Of a stretch of DNA of 63,845 bases, positions 24,588-36,941 are shown piece by piece. A program made the position numbers and the translations under genes. Location of the stretch: assembly GCF_011386835.1 (NCBI RefSeq), contig NC_088807.1, forward strand, positions 23,188,001-23,251,845, written 5' to 3'. The DNA comes from Chrysemys picta bellii. Its lineage: Eukaryota. The stretch's first letter is position 1; each line of letters begins with the position of its first letter. The notes under the pieces were generated by a model. That model was given only the letters and a program-made list of their open reading frames with translations, did not search any database and was not told where the DNA came from.

Positions 24588-25622
24588 TTAGCCAGAATTC
24601 CCACTCCGCAGTGGGGAGAGATCGGCATTGATCCCGATCCACTCGGGGAGGAAGGCGGCCGCAGGCTTGAAGATCTCAAGGAAGGGGGAATCGGGCAGGG
24701 TGTAGTTGGCCAAGTAGATGGTCTCCCCACCGACCAGGTAACCGGCCCAGATGCCGAAGGTCCCGATGGTCATGATCGTATGGTTGCAATGGGCCAAGAG
24801 AGCAAAGTCCTTCCCCGGCGACGACTCCTTCCCGTCCCCCGAGAAATACACGTCCCCACGCGAGGCTTCGATGTTCTCCCGGCACCACTCCATCCCGTTG
24901 CTGGTCACCACGAAGACCGGCTCCTGGTACTTGGCCCGGAAGTAGCCCATGGCCTTCTCCAAGTAGGCCTTGTCCGCCACCACCCCCTTCCAGTGCTCGG
25001 CCATCACCTGGACGTAATCCCCCCTCCGGACGTGGACGCCCACGTAGGTCACATTCTGGCGCTGCCCACGCAGCCCGGCCAGGTACCGGTTGGCCTCCTC
25101 CTTGACGTGGTCGTGGAAGGAGAATTCCTGGAGGATCTCCTGCCGGAGGTGGTGGTAGAAGGTCCAGGAGCAGGGGTAGCCCGTAAGCCAGACGTATTTC
25201 CCCTCGATGTGCCTGTACTCCTCCGACATCCAGTCATGGAGTTCGTAGTCCTTCCATGGGATCCTCGAAGCCCTGAATCTGGAGAGCACGGGCAGGGTGA
25301 TGCGGAAGAGCGGCGCCAGCTGCCGGTGCATCTCCGGGAGGATGTAGGCCTGGTGTCCGTTCATCTTGGCCAGGGCGTAGAGGGTGGCGTATTCCCCCAT
25401 CTGGTTCCCGAGACGCCCGGCAGAGTTAACGGTCCACATGCCCCGCTCCTTGGAGGAGGCAGATAGACTCTGCCCTGGGTTATTGAGCGAGGGGTTCCTC
25501 CACCCCAGGATGGGGAACTGGCTGTCCAGGCATAATAAGGCAGAGGCCATCAGGATAACCAGCAGGCAAAGGGTGATGAAGAGGGATGGCCGGCAAGAGA
25601 CCCAGATGTCCATTAGCTTCAT
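24588..25622 (-). CDS. FUT2: Galactoside alpha-1,2-fucosyltransferase, FUT2-like, copy B (344 aa, GT11)
   Basis: Same motifs as copy A; 10 aa differences; acceptor at 25657. Confidence 0.95.
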   Translation of the reverse strand: MKLMDIWVSCRPSLFITLCLLVILMASALLCLDSQFPILGWRNPSLNNPGQSLSASSKERGMWTVNSAGRLGNQMGEYATLYALAKMNGHQAYILPEMHRQLAPLFRITLPVLSRFRASRIPWKDYELHDWMSEEYRHIEGKYVWLTGYPCSWTFYHHLRQEILQEFSFHDHVKEEANRYLAGLRGQRQNVTYVGVHVRRGDYVQVMAEHWKGVVADKAYLEKAMGYFRAKYQEPVFVVTSNGMEWCRENIEASRGDVYFSGDGKESSPGKDFALLAHCNHTIMTIGTFGIWAGYLVGGETIYLANYTLPDSPFLEIFKPAAAFLPEWIGINADLSPLRSGNSG

Positions 25623-25769
25623 GTCACCAAGCAGCAGAGGGCAGGTGGAGTCCTGCCCTGTGGGGAGAGGGAGAAGGAACTTTAGACCCTCATTGATTGG
25701 TCTAAGTATTCAAAAGCTTAGTGACCATCTTCTGCTGGGATAAGAGGATTGGAGGATGGTTGGAGCGAT

Positions 25770-27000
25770 GGGAAGGTGTGCTAGATTGCTGGGGGATGGG
25801 GACATAGGGAGGAGGAATGGCTGCGTGGGATGGTATGGCAGGTACATGGGTGGATGGAAGAGTGAGAAGACAGGGAGAAAAGGTGGTGGATGGATGGATG
25901 GGAAGATAGGGAGGGTGTATGGATGGATGGGAAGGTAGGGAGGGTGTATGGATGGANNNNNNNNNNNNNNNNNNNNNNNNNNNNNNNNNNNNNNNNNNNN
26001 NNNNNNNNNNNNNNNNNNNNNNNNNNNNNNNNNNNNNNNNNNNNNNNNNNNNNNNNNNNNNNNNNNNNNNNNNNNNNNNNNNNNGGTGTGTGGACAGATG
26101 GGTGAGAAGGGAAGTTGGGTAGATTGATAGATGAATGGGTGGTTGGGTGGATGACTGGTAAGGTAGGGAGGGTGGATGTATGGATTGATTGGAAGGTAGG
26201 GAGGGTGGATGGATGAATGGATGGATGGGAGGTGTGTGGGTGTGTGGATGGATTAGTAAGAAGATGGTGGGGGAAGGTAGAGAGGGTGGGTGGGTGGATG
26301 CATGGGAAGATAGGGAGGGTGGATGGATGGGAAGGAGGGAGGGTGGATGGATGAATAGGTGGGTGGATGGGAAGGAGGGAGGGTGGATGGATTGGTGAGA
26401 AGATAGGGAGGGAAGGTAGAGAGGGTGGATGGGTGGGGTGGGAGGATGGATGGGAAGATAGGGAGGGTGGATGGATGGGTCGGTGTGTGGATGAGAAGGA
26501 GGGAGGGTGGACGGATGGGTCGGTGGGTGGATGAGAAGGAGGGAGGGTGGGTGGATGGATGGATGGATGGGAAGGTAGGGATGGTGGATGGTTGGGTAGG
26601 TGAGTGGATAGATGGGAGGTGTGTGGATGTGTGGATGGATGGGTAAGAAGATAGGGAGGGAAGGTAGGGTTGTTGGGTGGGTGGATGAATGGGAAGGTAG
26701 GGAGGGTAGATGGGTGGGTGGGTGGGTATACAAATGGGAAGGAGGGAGGATGGATGGATGTGTGGGTGGATGCATGGNNNNNNNNNNNNNNNNNNNNNNN
26801 NNNNNNNNNNNNNNNNNNNNNNNNNNNNNNNNNNNNNNNNNNNNNNNNNNNNNNNNNNNNNNNNNNNNNNNNNNNNNNNNNNNNNNNNNNNNNNNNNNNN
26901 NNNNNNNNNNNNNNNNNNNNNNNNNNNNNNNNNNNNNNNNNNNNNNNNNNNNNNNNNNNNNNNNNNNNNNATGGGTGGATACCCTTCATGAAATTCATCC
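25770..27000. repeat. GGAT/GGGT tract in FUT-B intron with two gaps (N 25957-26084, 26778-26970)
   Basis: Direct reading. Confidence 0.9.
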
Positions 27001-27093
27001 ATCCGCCCCCATATACATCCCCCCTGCTAATCTCTCCTTCCACCGCCACCTAGTAACTGCACATGAACGATGTTAACACAGAGTTCCCATTAC

Positions 27094-27186
27094 CTGGCAA
27101 CACCTCGGCCCTTCCAGAATTTGGAGAGAGGCTAAATATCAACCTTTGGAAAACCAAGCAAGGAAGAATTTATCGAGCGCAGACAT
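27094..27186 (-). other. Candidate 93-nt 5'UTR exon of FUT-B
   Basis: Paralog of 18167-18259 with the same splice signals. Confidence 0.45.
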
Positions 27187-27587
27187 CTGAAAGCAAGGAC
27201 ATACCGAAATAAGGCAAAGGCCAGCCAAGCAAAGCTACCTTCACTCTGACCCTCTGCGGCTGGTAGCAGCCACTTGGAACTGCTCCGGGAAGCGTGGGTA
27301 GATTGATGGTTGGGTGTGGGGACAGCAGGATGGGTGGCCAGATAGCGGTTTGGGTGTGGGGATAGTTGTGTGGATAGATGGGTCATTAACTAGATAAAGG
27401 GTTGGGTGTGGGTGGATGACGGATGGGTAGACAAATATAGGGTTGGGTATGGGGAAGCATGGATGGATGGGTGGAAGGGTAGATAGAGGGATGGGTACGG
27501 GGAAAGATGGATGGACAGATGGATCAGTGGAGAGTTAGAGAGTTGGGTAGGGGGAAGGATGGATGGGTGGAAGGGTAGATAGGGGGA

Positions 27588-30500
27588 TCGTGACGTTGCA
27601 CTCCATATGTTTATGGAAATATGCTTATGAGGGTAAATATAGTGGTAACTGGAATATGCTTTATGCAAAAGGTCTCTTGTAAAGTATCATTACAGATCTT
27701 ATAATCTGCTGAGGGTGTTCATCCCGTTTGTATGAATGTATCATTCTTGTATCTGAAGCTAGAAATACAAAGTATTACTCTGAAGTCCTATTGTAATTAT
27801 GCAAAGTGTGGGCTATTAATGGTGGCTTGGAATCTTGATGGCTCCCATTAACTAGGACAATTGGTTATGAATGGCTCTGTTTACTCGCAAACCTTAGAAA
27901 ATAAGAACAGAAGAATGTCCAGACTGGGTCAGACCAAAGGTCCATCTAGTCCAGTGTCCTGTCCTCTGACAGTGGCCAATGCCAGGAGCCCCAGAGGGGA
28001 TGAACAGAACAGGGAATCATCACGTGATCCATCCCCTGTTGCCCATTCCCAGCCTCTGTCAAACAGAGGCTAGGGACACCATCCTTGCGCATCCTGGCTA
28101 ATAGCCATTGAAGGACCTGTCCTCCATGAACTTATCTAGTTCCTTTTTGAACCCTGTTATAGTCTTCGCCTTCACAACATCCTCTGGTAAGGAGTTCCAG
28201 AGGTTGACAGTGCGTTGCGTGAAAAAATACTTTCTTGTGTTTGTTTTAAACCTGCTACCTATTAATTTCATTTGGTGGCCCCTTGTTCTTGCATTACGAG
28301 AAGAAGTAAATAACACTACCTGATTTACTTTCTCCACACCAGTTATGATTTTATAGACCTCCATCATATCCCCCCTTAGTCGTCTCTTTTCCAGGCTGAA
28401 AAGTCCCAGTCTTATTAATCTCTTCTCATACGGAAGCTGTTCCAGACCCTTAATCATTTTTGTTGCCCTTTTCTGAACCTTTTCTAATGCCACTATATCT
28501 TTTTTGAGATGGGGCGACCACATCTGCAGGCAGTATTCAAGGTGTGCACATACCATGGATTTATATAGAGGCAATATGATATTTTCTGTCTTATTATCTA
28601 TCCCTTTCTTGATGATTCCCAACATTCTGTTCGCGTTTTGGCTGCCGCTGCACGTTGAGTGGATGTTTTCAGAGAACTATCCACACTGACTCCAAGATCT
28701 CTTTCTTGAGTGGGAACAGCTAATTTAGACCCCATCATTGTATATGTATAGTTGGGATGATGTTTTCCAATGTGCATTACTTTGCATTTATCAACATTGA
28801 ATTTCACCTGCCATTTTGTTGCCCAGTCACCCAGTTTGGTGAGATCCCTTTGTAGCTCTTCACAGTCTGCCTGGGACTTAACTATCTTGAACAGTTTTGT
28901 ATCATCTGTAAATTTTGCCACCTCCCTGTTTACCCCTTTTTCCAGATCATTTATGAATATGTTAAATAGGACTGGACCCAGTACAGACCCCCTGGGGGAC
29001 ACCACTATTTACCTCTCTCCATTCTGAAAACCGACCATTTATTCCTACCCTTTCTTTCCTATCTTTTAACCAGTTACCGACCCATGATAGATCCTTCCCT
29101 CTTATCCCATGACTGCTTACTTTGCTTAAGAGCCTTTGGAGAGGGACCTTGTCAAAGGCTTTTTGGAAATCTAAATACACTCTATCCACTGGATCCCCCT
29201 TGTCCACATGCTTGTTGACCCCCTCAAAGAATTCTAGTAGAACCATGTTGACGATTTCCCAACAAATTATGTTCATCTGTGTGTCTGACACTTTTGTTCT
29301 TTACAATAGTTTCAACTAATTTGCCTGGTACTGAAGTGAGGCGTACCGGGTGCCTGTAATTGCCAGGATCACCTCTGGAGCCCTTTTTGAAAACTGGCAT
29401 CACATTAGCTATCCTCCAGTCATTTGGTACAGAAGCTGATTTAAATGATAGGTTCCAGATGACAGTTAGTAGTCCTGCAATTTCACATTTGAGTTCCCTC
29501 CGAACTCCTGGGTGAATACCATCAGGTCCTGGAGACTTATTACTGTTTAGTTTATCAATTTGTTCCAAAGTCTCTTCTAATGACACCTCCATTTGGGACA
29601 GTTCCTCAGATCTGTCACCCAAAAAGCATGGCTCAGGTTTGGGAATCTCCCTCACATCCTCAACAGTGAAGACCGATGCAAAGAATTCATTTAGTTTCTC
29701 CGCAATGGTCTTATCGTCCTTGAGTGCTCCTTCAGCATCTCGATCGTCCAGTGGCCCCACTGGTTGTTTAGCAGGCTTCCTGCTACTGATGTATTTAAAA
29801 AAAACTTTTGCTATTACTTTTGGAGTCTTTGGCTAGCTGTGCTTCAAATTCTTTTTTGGTCTTTCTAATTATATGTTTACACTTCATTTGCCAGAGTTTA
29901 TGCTCTTTTCTATTTTCCCCACTAGGATTTACCTTCCACTTTTTAAAGGATGCCTTTTTGCCTCTCACTCCTTCTTTTACTTTGTTGTTTAACCACGGTG
30001 GCCCTCTTTCTGGTTCTCTTACTATGTTTTTTAAATTGGGGTGTACAGTTAAGTTGAGCCTCTATTATGGTGTCTTTAAAAAGTTTCCATGGAGCTTGCA
30101 GGGTACGTGCAACCTTCCTGGGTACATGCATGCCAACCCTGAAAGAATGGAGAATGACGTCTTACGGTGACATGTGATCATGTCATCTGATACTGGAATC
30201 CATTGTAAACCTGGTGCTTTTCCATTTAGAAGGAGGGGTGGGGACTCAGAGGGAGAAAAGATTCCCCCCTTGTGCCAAAGCTATAAAAGGGGGTGGAACA
30301 GAACAAAGGGGGCCAGTCACGTGGAATCCCCTAGTTACCATCTGAGCTGAAGCTAACAAGGACTGTACCAGGGGAAGGGATGGGCCCAGACTAAGAAGGA
30401 GTCTAGTCTGTGAAAGAAGCTATTGGAACATCTCTGAGGGGGAGATTTTATCTGTATTCAGTTTCTTAATGTATTAGGCTTAGACTTGCGTGTTTTGTTT

Positions 30501-30738
30501 TATTTTGCTGGGTAACTTACTTTGTTCTGTCTGTTATTACTTGAAACCACTTAAATCCTACTTTTTATACTTAATAAAATCACTTTTGTTTATTAATTGA
30601 CCCTGAGTAAGTGATTAATATCCGGGGGAGCAAACAGCCATGCATATCTCTCTGTCAGTGTTACAGAGGGCGGACAATTTATGAGTTTACCCTGTATAAG
30701 CTTTATACAGAGTAAAACTGATTTATTTGGGGTTTGGA
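27588..30738 (+). mobile_element. Solo LTR (paralog of 18653-19816) split by CR1 and 3'-interrupted
   Basis: 27588-27895 and 30109-30738 join up to match the unit A LTR. Confidence 0.8.
27896..30103 (-). mobile_element. 5'-truncated CR1 LINE with broken ORF2 (RT)
   Basis: ORF fragments with YLDFQKAFDKVP, GSVLGPVLFNIFINDL, FTDDTKL; CR1-type 3' end; TSD approximately GCAA(A)CCTT. Confidence 0.92.
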
Positions 30739-31240
30739 TTGTGGTGGGTTGGATCACAGAAACCCCCTTGGGAACTGCCAACTGATGTGCCAAGACTACT
30801 TCTGACCCTGCTTTCCTACCCTGGCAGCTTAGGACTCCAGCACCCTGTCTTGTTGAGCCAGACACTCCCATCTACTCCAACACAGTCCCAGGGTCTGAAC
30901 CACCCACCCCAAAGCTGCACTTAACTGAAAGCAGCTCACAGAATTGTTCCTGTCTTTAACGCTCAGATGCCCAACTCCCAGTGGGGTCCAAACCCCAAAT
31001 AAATCCGTTTTACGCTGTATAAAGGGTAAACTCATAAATTGTTCACCCTCTATAACACTGATCGAGAGATATGCACAGTTGTTTGCTCCCCCCCCCCCGC
31101 ATTAAAACATACTCCGAGTTAATTAAGAAGTAAAAAGTGATTTTATTAAATACAGAAAGTAGGATTGACGTGGTTCCAAGTAATGGCAGACAGAACAAAG
31201 TGAATTACCAAGTGAGCTAAAATAAAACACGCAAATCTGA
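30739..31240 (-). mobile_element. Truncated LTR of a related family in inverted orientation
   Basis: 30990-31240 is reverse-complementary to 30470-30738. Confidence 0.65.
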
Positions 31241-31596
31241 AGGTTGGGATGGCTAGACGGGTGGACAAAAGGGTAGATAACGTGTTCGGAATGGATGGAT
31301 GCATGGAGGGCTGGATAGAGGGATGGGGATGGATAGATAGACAATAGATGGGGTTGGGTCTGGGGATGGATGGGTGGAAGGTTGGGAATGGATGGATGGA
31401 TGGAGGGGTAGACAGAGGGTTGGGTCTGGGGATGGACAGATGGATGGTTGGACGAGTAGCTAGCGGGTTGGGGAGGGGGAAGGGTAGGTGGGTGGATACA
31501 GGGCTGGGGGTGGAACCAGACAGCCACGAGGGTCGGTATCTTTGGTCAGAGACAGGCCAGGCCAGTTTCTAGGCAGGGAATCGCTCCCCTTCTTAC

Positions 31597-31730
31597 CGTG
31601 GTGAGGTGGGCACCAGGGGCGGCCGCTCCCACCTGCTCTCAGCTGGGCTCCCCAGCACAGCTCTGGCTCCGGCACCACCTCCCTCTGGCTCTGCGTCAGC
31701 CGATTGTTTCCTGGTTTCCGTTTATCAGCC
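31597..31730 (-). promoter_or_regulatory. Candidate promoter / non-coding exon 1 of FUT-B
   Basis: Donor CACG|GTAAG at 31597; TGATAA at 31722-31727; homologous to but diverged from 21363-21500. Confidence 0.45.
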
Positions 31731-32571
31731 ACTGCCCCTGGGCCTGCCTAGCCCTGCCTGCCCCTCCCCGGCACTCTGGGGCTTGCCGGGCCAGGCAGGG
31801 AGGGTAGGGAATTAGGTGTGGGAGTAGGTCTCTGCATGAAATAGGTGAACCAGGACTCCTGGGTTCTCTCCCTGGCTCTGGGAAGGGAGTGGAGGGGGAG
31901 CTGGTAGCCAGGACTCCTGGGTTCTCTCCCTGGCTCTGGGAGGGGAGTGGGGTCTAGTGGTTAGAGCAGGCGGGGGGGGGGGGAGAGAGGAGCCCAAAGA
32001 TTGAACCCCTCCCCCCCTCCAGGGCTCAGAAGTGATGGATGTGTCATGCAGTGAAGGACTTGACAAGCCTGGACTGCCACATTTCCACCATCAAGATCCC
32101 CTAAGGGCCGGGCACCAACCCAAAAGGAAACAAATCAGGTACATTGAACTTTGCTCTTCAATCCTGACCTCAAGCCCCCTCCTCCCCTCCGCAGCTCTGC
32201 CGGTGCCCCTCACTCCCAGCCCGCAGCCCTCTGCTAGCCCAGCCCTGGGCTCCCCCCAGCCCTGCCAGCCCAGCCTGCCCCCCCACAGTGCCCCTGAATT
32301 CAGATTGTCAGCACAGAAAAGTGGAGGGAGGGCTGGGGGGAGCCCAGGGCTGGGCTAGCAGGGGGCTGCGGGTCGGGAGTGAGGGGCACCGGCAGGGCCG
32401 GGGAGGGGCAGAACTGGGCTAGCAGAGGCTGCGGGTCGGGAGTGAGGGGCACCGGCACAGCAGGATGGTGGGTCCCTAAGGGAACAGGTCAGAGGATCCT
32501 TCCTTAGCCGTTCTCTCTCTGTGTCCATTTTTGAGGGGTGGGGTAGATACTGACACAGTGTCCCACAGCCA

Positions 32572-33140
32572 GGGAGAGAACCCAGGAGTCTGGGCTCCCA
32601 GCTCCCTCCTCCCCCCCGCTCTAACCACTAGACCCCACTCCCCTCTCAGAGCCGAAGAGAGAACCCAGGAGTCCTGGCTCCCAGCCCCCCCCCACTCTAA
32701 CCACTAGACCCCACTCCCCTCTCAGAGCCCGGGAGAGAACCCAGGAGTCCTGGCTCCCAGCCCCCCCCCCCGCTCTAACCACTAGTCCCCACTCCCTTCT
32801 CTGAGCCCGGGAGAGAATCCAGGAGTCTTGGCTCCCAGGCCCCCCCTGCTCTAACCACTAGTTCCCACTCCCCTCCCAGAGCCAGGGAGAGAACCCAGGA
32901 GTCCTGTCTCCCAGCCCCTCATGCTCTAACCACTAGATCCCACTCCCCTCTCAGAGCCCAAGAGTCCTGGCTCCCAGCCCCCCCCCTCCACTGGAACCAC
33001 TACACCCCACTCCCCTCTCAGAGCCAAGGAGAGAACCCAGGAGTCCTGGCTCCCAGTCCCCCCCCCACTCTAACCACTAGACCCCACTCCCCTCTCAGAG
33101 CTGAGGAGAGAACCCAGGAGTCCTGGCTCCCAGCCCCCCT
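32572..33140 (+). repeat. ~70-75-bp CTAACCACTAGACCCCACTCCCC..GAGAACCCAGGAGTCCTGGCTCCCAG minisatellite
   Basis: About 8 tandem units; same unit also at 15290-15450, 24230-24450, 38447-38780, 39050-39500, 45280-45790 (reverse), 54625-55050, 56210-56330 (reverse), 62720-62890 (reverse). Confidence 0.9.
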
Positions 33141-33149
33141 GATTTAACC

Positions 33150-33370
33150 ACCCTGTTTTACACTGGCTGAGAGTCCCTGCAGGCTGGAGACCGGGGGGCA
33201 TTGCTCCCTCTGGGGGTGGCGGTCCCGGTGGGGCAGAGCAAGGGGACCCCCCGAGGGGGCTCACGGAGGGAGCCAGGCGGGCTGGAGGCTCAGAGGTTCA
33301 GCCATAGGAGGCAGAGGGGCCAGAGGGCCTAACCCCGGAGAGCGAGGGTCACACCAAAGGGGTTCTCCCA
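33150..33370 (+). mobile_element. LTR fragment, same family as 22752-23483, opposite orientation
   Basis: Reverse-complement match to 13925-14170. Confidence 0.6.
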
Positions 33371-33749
33371 GGGTGTCCAGTGGCTTGGGGCTGGGCACGG
33401 CCGGGATGCTCGGGGGCTGGCAAGTGCCCAGCGCTGCCTGGACAGAATGAAGCACGTGGAGGCTTGAAGGCCGGGGCTGGGGGTTGCAGGGAGCTCATGC
33501 ACAGAAGGCACCGACGAGACTCCCACACGCTATGGGCAGGTGGCGTCGAGGTTCTGCCCTGCCCTGGGGTACCCCCGGGGAGCATCACAGCCGGAGCCGC
33601 CCCAGGGAACCCAGACAGGAGCAGGCGGGAGCAGCCAGTCCTGGTGCTTGGCCCCAAATCCCACCTCCTCAAGACGAAAGGGAGGGACATTCCCCGCCTA
33701 GAAACTGTCCTGGCCCCTCTTTGACCAAAGATACCGACCCCTCCGGCCG

Positions 33750-34640
33750 CCATCCATCTGTCCCCACCCCCATCCATCCATCTATCCATCCATCCACCCA
33801 TCTGTCCCCATCCCCAGCCCTCTATCCATCCATCCATTCGTCCATCCGTCTGTCTGTCCCCACTCCCAGCCATCTATCCATCCATCCACCCATCTGTCCC
33901 CACCCCCAGCCCTCTATCCATCCATCTGTCCATCCATCCTCACTCCCAGCCCTCTATCCTATCCATCGACCCATCCATCCAGCCGTCCCCACACCCAGCT
34001 GTCTATCTACCCCTCCACCCATCCCTCCACCCAATGTGCTCATCCATCCATCCCTCTGCCCAGCACACCTTCCATTCCATCNNNNNNNNNNNNNNNNNNN
34101 NNNNNNNNNNNNNNNNNNNNNNNNNNNNNNNNNNNNNNNNNNNNNNNNNNNNNNNNNNNNNNNNNNNNNNNNNNNNNNNNNNNNNNNNNNNNNNNNNNNN
34201 NNNNNNNNNNNNNNNNNNNNNNNNNNNNNNNNNNNNNNNNNNNNNNNNNNNNNNNNNNNNNNNNNNNNNNNNNNNNNNNNNNNNNNNNNNNNNNNNNNNN
34301 NNNNNNNNNNNNNNNNNNNNNNNNNNNNNNNNNNNNNNNNNNNNNNNNNNNNNNNNNNNNNNNNNNNNNNNNNNNNNNNNNNNNNNNNNNNNNNNNNNNN
34401 NNNNNNNNNNNNNNNNNNNNNNNNNNNNNNNNNNNNNNNNNNNNNNNNNCCATCCCTCCCTCCCTCCACTCAACGTCCTCATCTATCCATCCATCCCTCC
34501 CTCCACCCAACATCCTCCCATCCATCCCTCCACCCAACGTCCTCATCCAGCCATCCACCCAACATCCTCATCCAACCAGCCAGCCATCCTTCCACCCAGC
34601 ACACATTCAATTCCATCCATCCTTGCACCCAATGTTCTAA
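33750..34640. repeat. CCAT-rich tract (inverted counterpart of the FUT intron) with gap N 34082-34449
   Basis: Direct reading; preceded by the inverted GAAACTGTCCTGGCC..AAAGATACCGACCC motif that follows FUT exon 1. Confidence 0.85.
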
Positions 34641-34642
34641 TC

Positions 34643-35414
34643 CAGTTTCCCTGGGTGTTACTGGTTTAACGAGGTGAGGGGAGAGGGAGTTTGTTTTGCA
34701 GAGGACCGGAGGGAGGACTTGGGGACCCAGCCGATGGCCGGGAGGATGGATACCCTAGCGACCGGAGACGTGGCGACCTGGTGACCCAGAGGCCCAGCTG
34801 AGGAGACGCAGCCGGTTCTGGCCAGTGGGAGGACAATGGGCTGCAGAGTGAGGACCCAGTGACCTAACCAGCCGGTTCCAGCCAGAGGACAGAAGCGAGG
34901 AGCGGAGGCCCCGGTTTACGACCCTATTTACCTGGAGAGAAGACAATGGACAGAGGCGGAGCCTGGGCCCGGTGATATCAGATGCCCAGCTGGGAAGCAG
35001 GGGGGCTCTGGGCTGGAGAGGGGGGGCAGGCAGAGCCCACCTGGATGCAGAGAGACTGGGATGTGCTGGGCTGAGGGAGGCCAGGCCTGAGGCCCTGAGA
35101 GTTTCCTGTGCTGTGTTCAACTCTCAATAAATCCTCTTGTTTTACGCTGGTTGAGAGTCACTCCGGTCTAGAGAACAGGGTTGCATCAACCCCTTCAGGG
35201 GTGAAGGCCCGGGGGGTCCAGAGCGAGGGGACTCCCTGAGGGGGCCCACGGCAGAGACAGACGTGCTAAGGCTCAGAGAGGTGCGGCTCCAGGAGGTGGA
35301 GGGGCCTGACCCCGAGCGAGAGTGGACGCCCGAGAAGGGCTGTCTCACTAACAGGGGGCACCCCCCACGGACCGCACGGGGCCAAGAGTGGGCACGATCT
35401 GTGAGTCCGTGACA
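34643..35414 (+). mobile_element. 5'-truncated LTR, same family as 7192-8029
   Basis: Co-linear similarity; ends GTCCGTGACA. Confidence 0.85.
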
Positions 35415-35620
35415 CTAGCACACCTTCCCATCCTTCCCTCCACCCAATGTTCGCATCCATCCCTCCTGTCACCCAATGTTCTCATCCAAAAATCCACCCA
35501 TCCCTTCCTCCCTCCATCCAGCCCACCTTCCCACCCATCCATCCCTCCCTCCATCCAGAACACTTCCCTGCCATCCATCCCTTCTCCCAATGTTCCCATC
35601 CACCCACCACAGCCACCAAC

Positions 35621-36125
35621 ATGGAAGAAGGCATGTGGACTGTCAACTTCATCAGGCACCGGGGGAACATGCTGCCCTCTACGCCCTGCTCCCGGTGAAT
35701 GAGCCCCAGGCCTACATCCTCCCGGAGATGCACTGGGAGCTGGTGTCGCTCTGCCGCATCACCCTGCCCGTGCTCTCCAGCGACGTGGTCCAGAGGGTCC
35801 CAGGGGAAGACGACAGGCTCCACAACTGGATGTCAGAGAAGGACAGGTGCCTCCACAGCAGATAGGTCTGGCTCATGGGCTACCCCTGCTCCAGGACTTT
35901 CTACCTCCATCTCTGATAGGACAGCCTCCAGGAATTCTCCTTCCACAACCCCATCCAGGAAGAGGCCAACTGCTACCTGTCTGGGTTGCCAGCACGATCC
36001 ACCCACTCTAACTGGGCCAGTCAGCCTGGGATTGGATGCCTGGGATCCCCTGGCCAGGGTGGGTGGCATATGGAGAAGCCAATGACCTCAACTGGTCTTC
36101 TCATAGGAACTTCCAGAGCGATGGG
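35621..36125 (+). pseudogene. FUT2-like pseudogene
   Basis: [49 protein letters not shown]; deletion/frameshift in GNQMGEY, in-frame TAG and TGA-TAG, 5' and 3' ends lost; clear homology to ~35990, weak beyond. Confidence 0.9.
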
Positions 36126-36923
36126 ACCATCCCCTTCCCAAGGTTGAATGGTTAGAGGGGGGCAGGACTCCTGGGTCCTATCCCTGGCTCTGGGATCTCG
36201 TGTGTTAGAGGCGAGAATTGGGCGGGCTTGAATAGGTGCAGCCAGAAAGGAAAAGGCCCCGTGTCCCATTCCCTGCCTGCCTCCACCCCAGTCTGGGTCC
36301 ACTCTGGCATCTGGTTATGGGCCGGCAGCGAGACAGATGGGCCCCAGACGCCTGGCGCTGTATTATCAGGGGGAGGGGTGACACTGGGGCTAGCTGCGGG
36401 CTGGGGGATCTCCATGAGAGATGGACAGGGACACGCCCAGGCCCATAGCAGTGCTGGGGGGGGGCTGGGCTGCAGGAGGGGGTGGCTGGCTCATAGAGGG
36501 CGGTTCCCTATGGCAGGCAGGGCTGGCCCCAATGAGGAATTGGTAAGGAGCTTTGAATGAGCAAACTCCACCCCCATCCTAGCACTGACGCCCCCCCGCC
36601 CCCTCCAGCCCTGCCAGTGCCCCTCACTCCTGACCCGCAGCCACCTGCTAGCCCAGTCCTGACTCCCCCACCCCAGCTCTGACGGTACCCCTCACTCCCC
36701 ACCCGCAGCCCCTTGCTAGCCCGGCTCTGACCCCATTTTCCACCCGGGATGGAGGTGACTCCAGGGGAGCTGAGTTCAAGACACGCTGTGGGGAGCCCAG
36801 CACAAGGGGCGGGGGGGGGGCATCGGGTCCTTGCCTGGCAGCTGCTTTTCAGCCCCCCGCACTCCCACCCCCACAGCTCAGAACCCGGATGGCCCCGGGC
36901 AGCTGGTGCCATGGGGGGGACGA

Positions 36924-36941
36924 CACTGCCCCCTAGTGGCC
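36924..36941 (-). promoter_or_regulatory. Single CTCF-consensus site
   Basis: GGCCACTAGGGGGCAGTG on minus strand. Confidence 0.5.
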
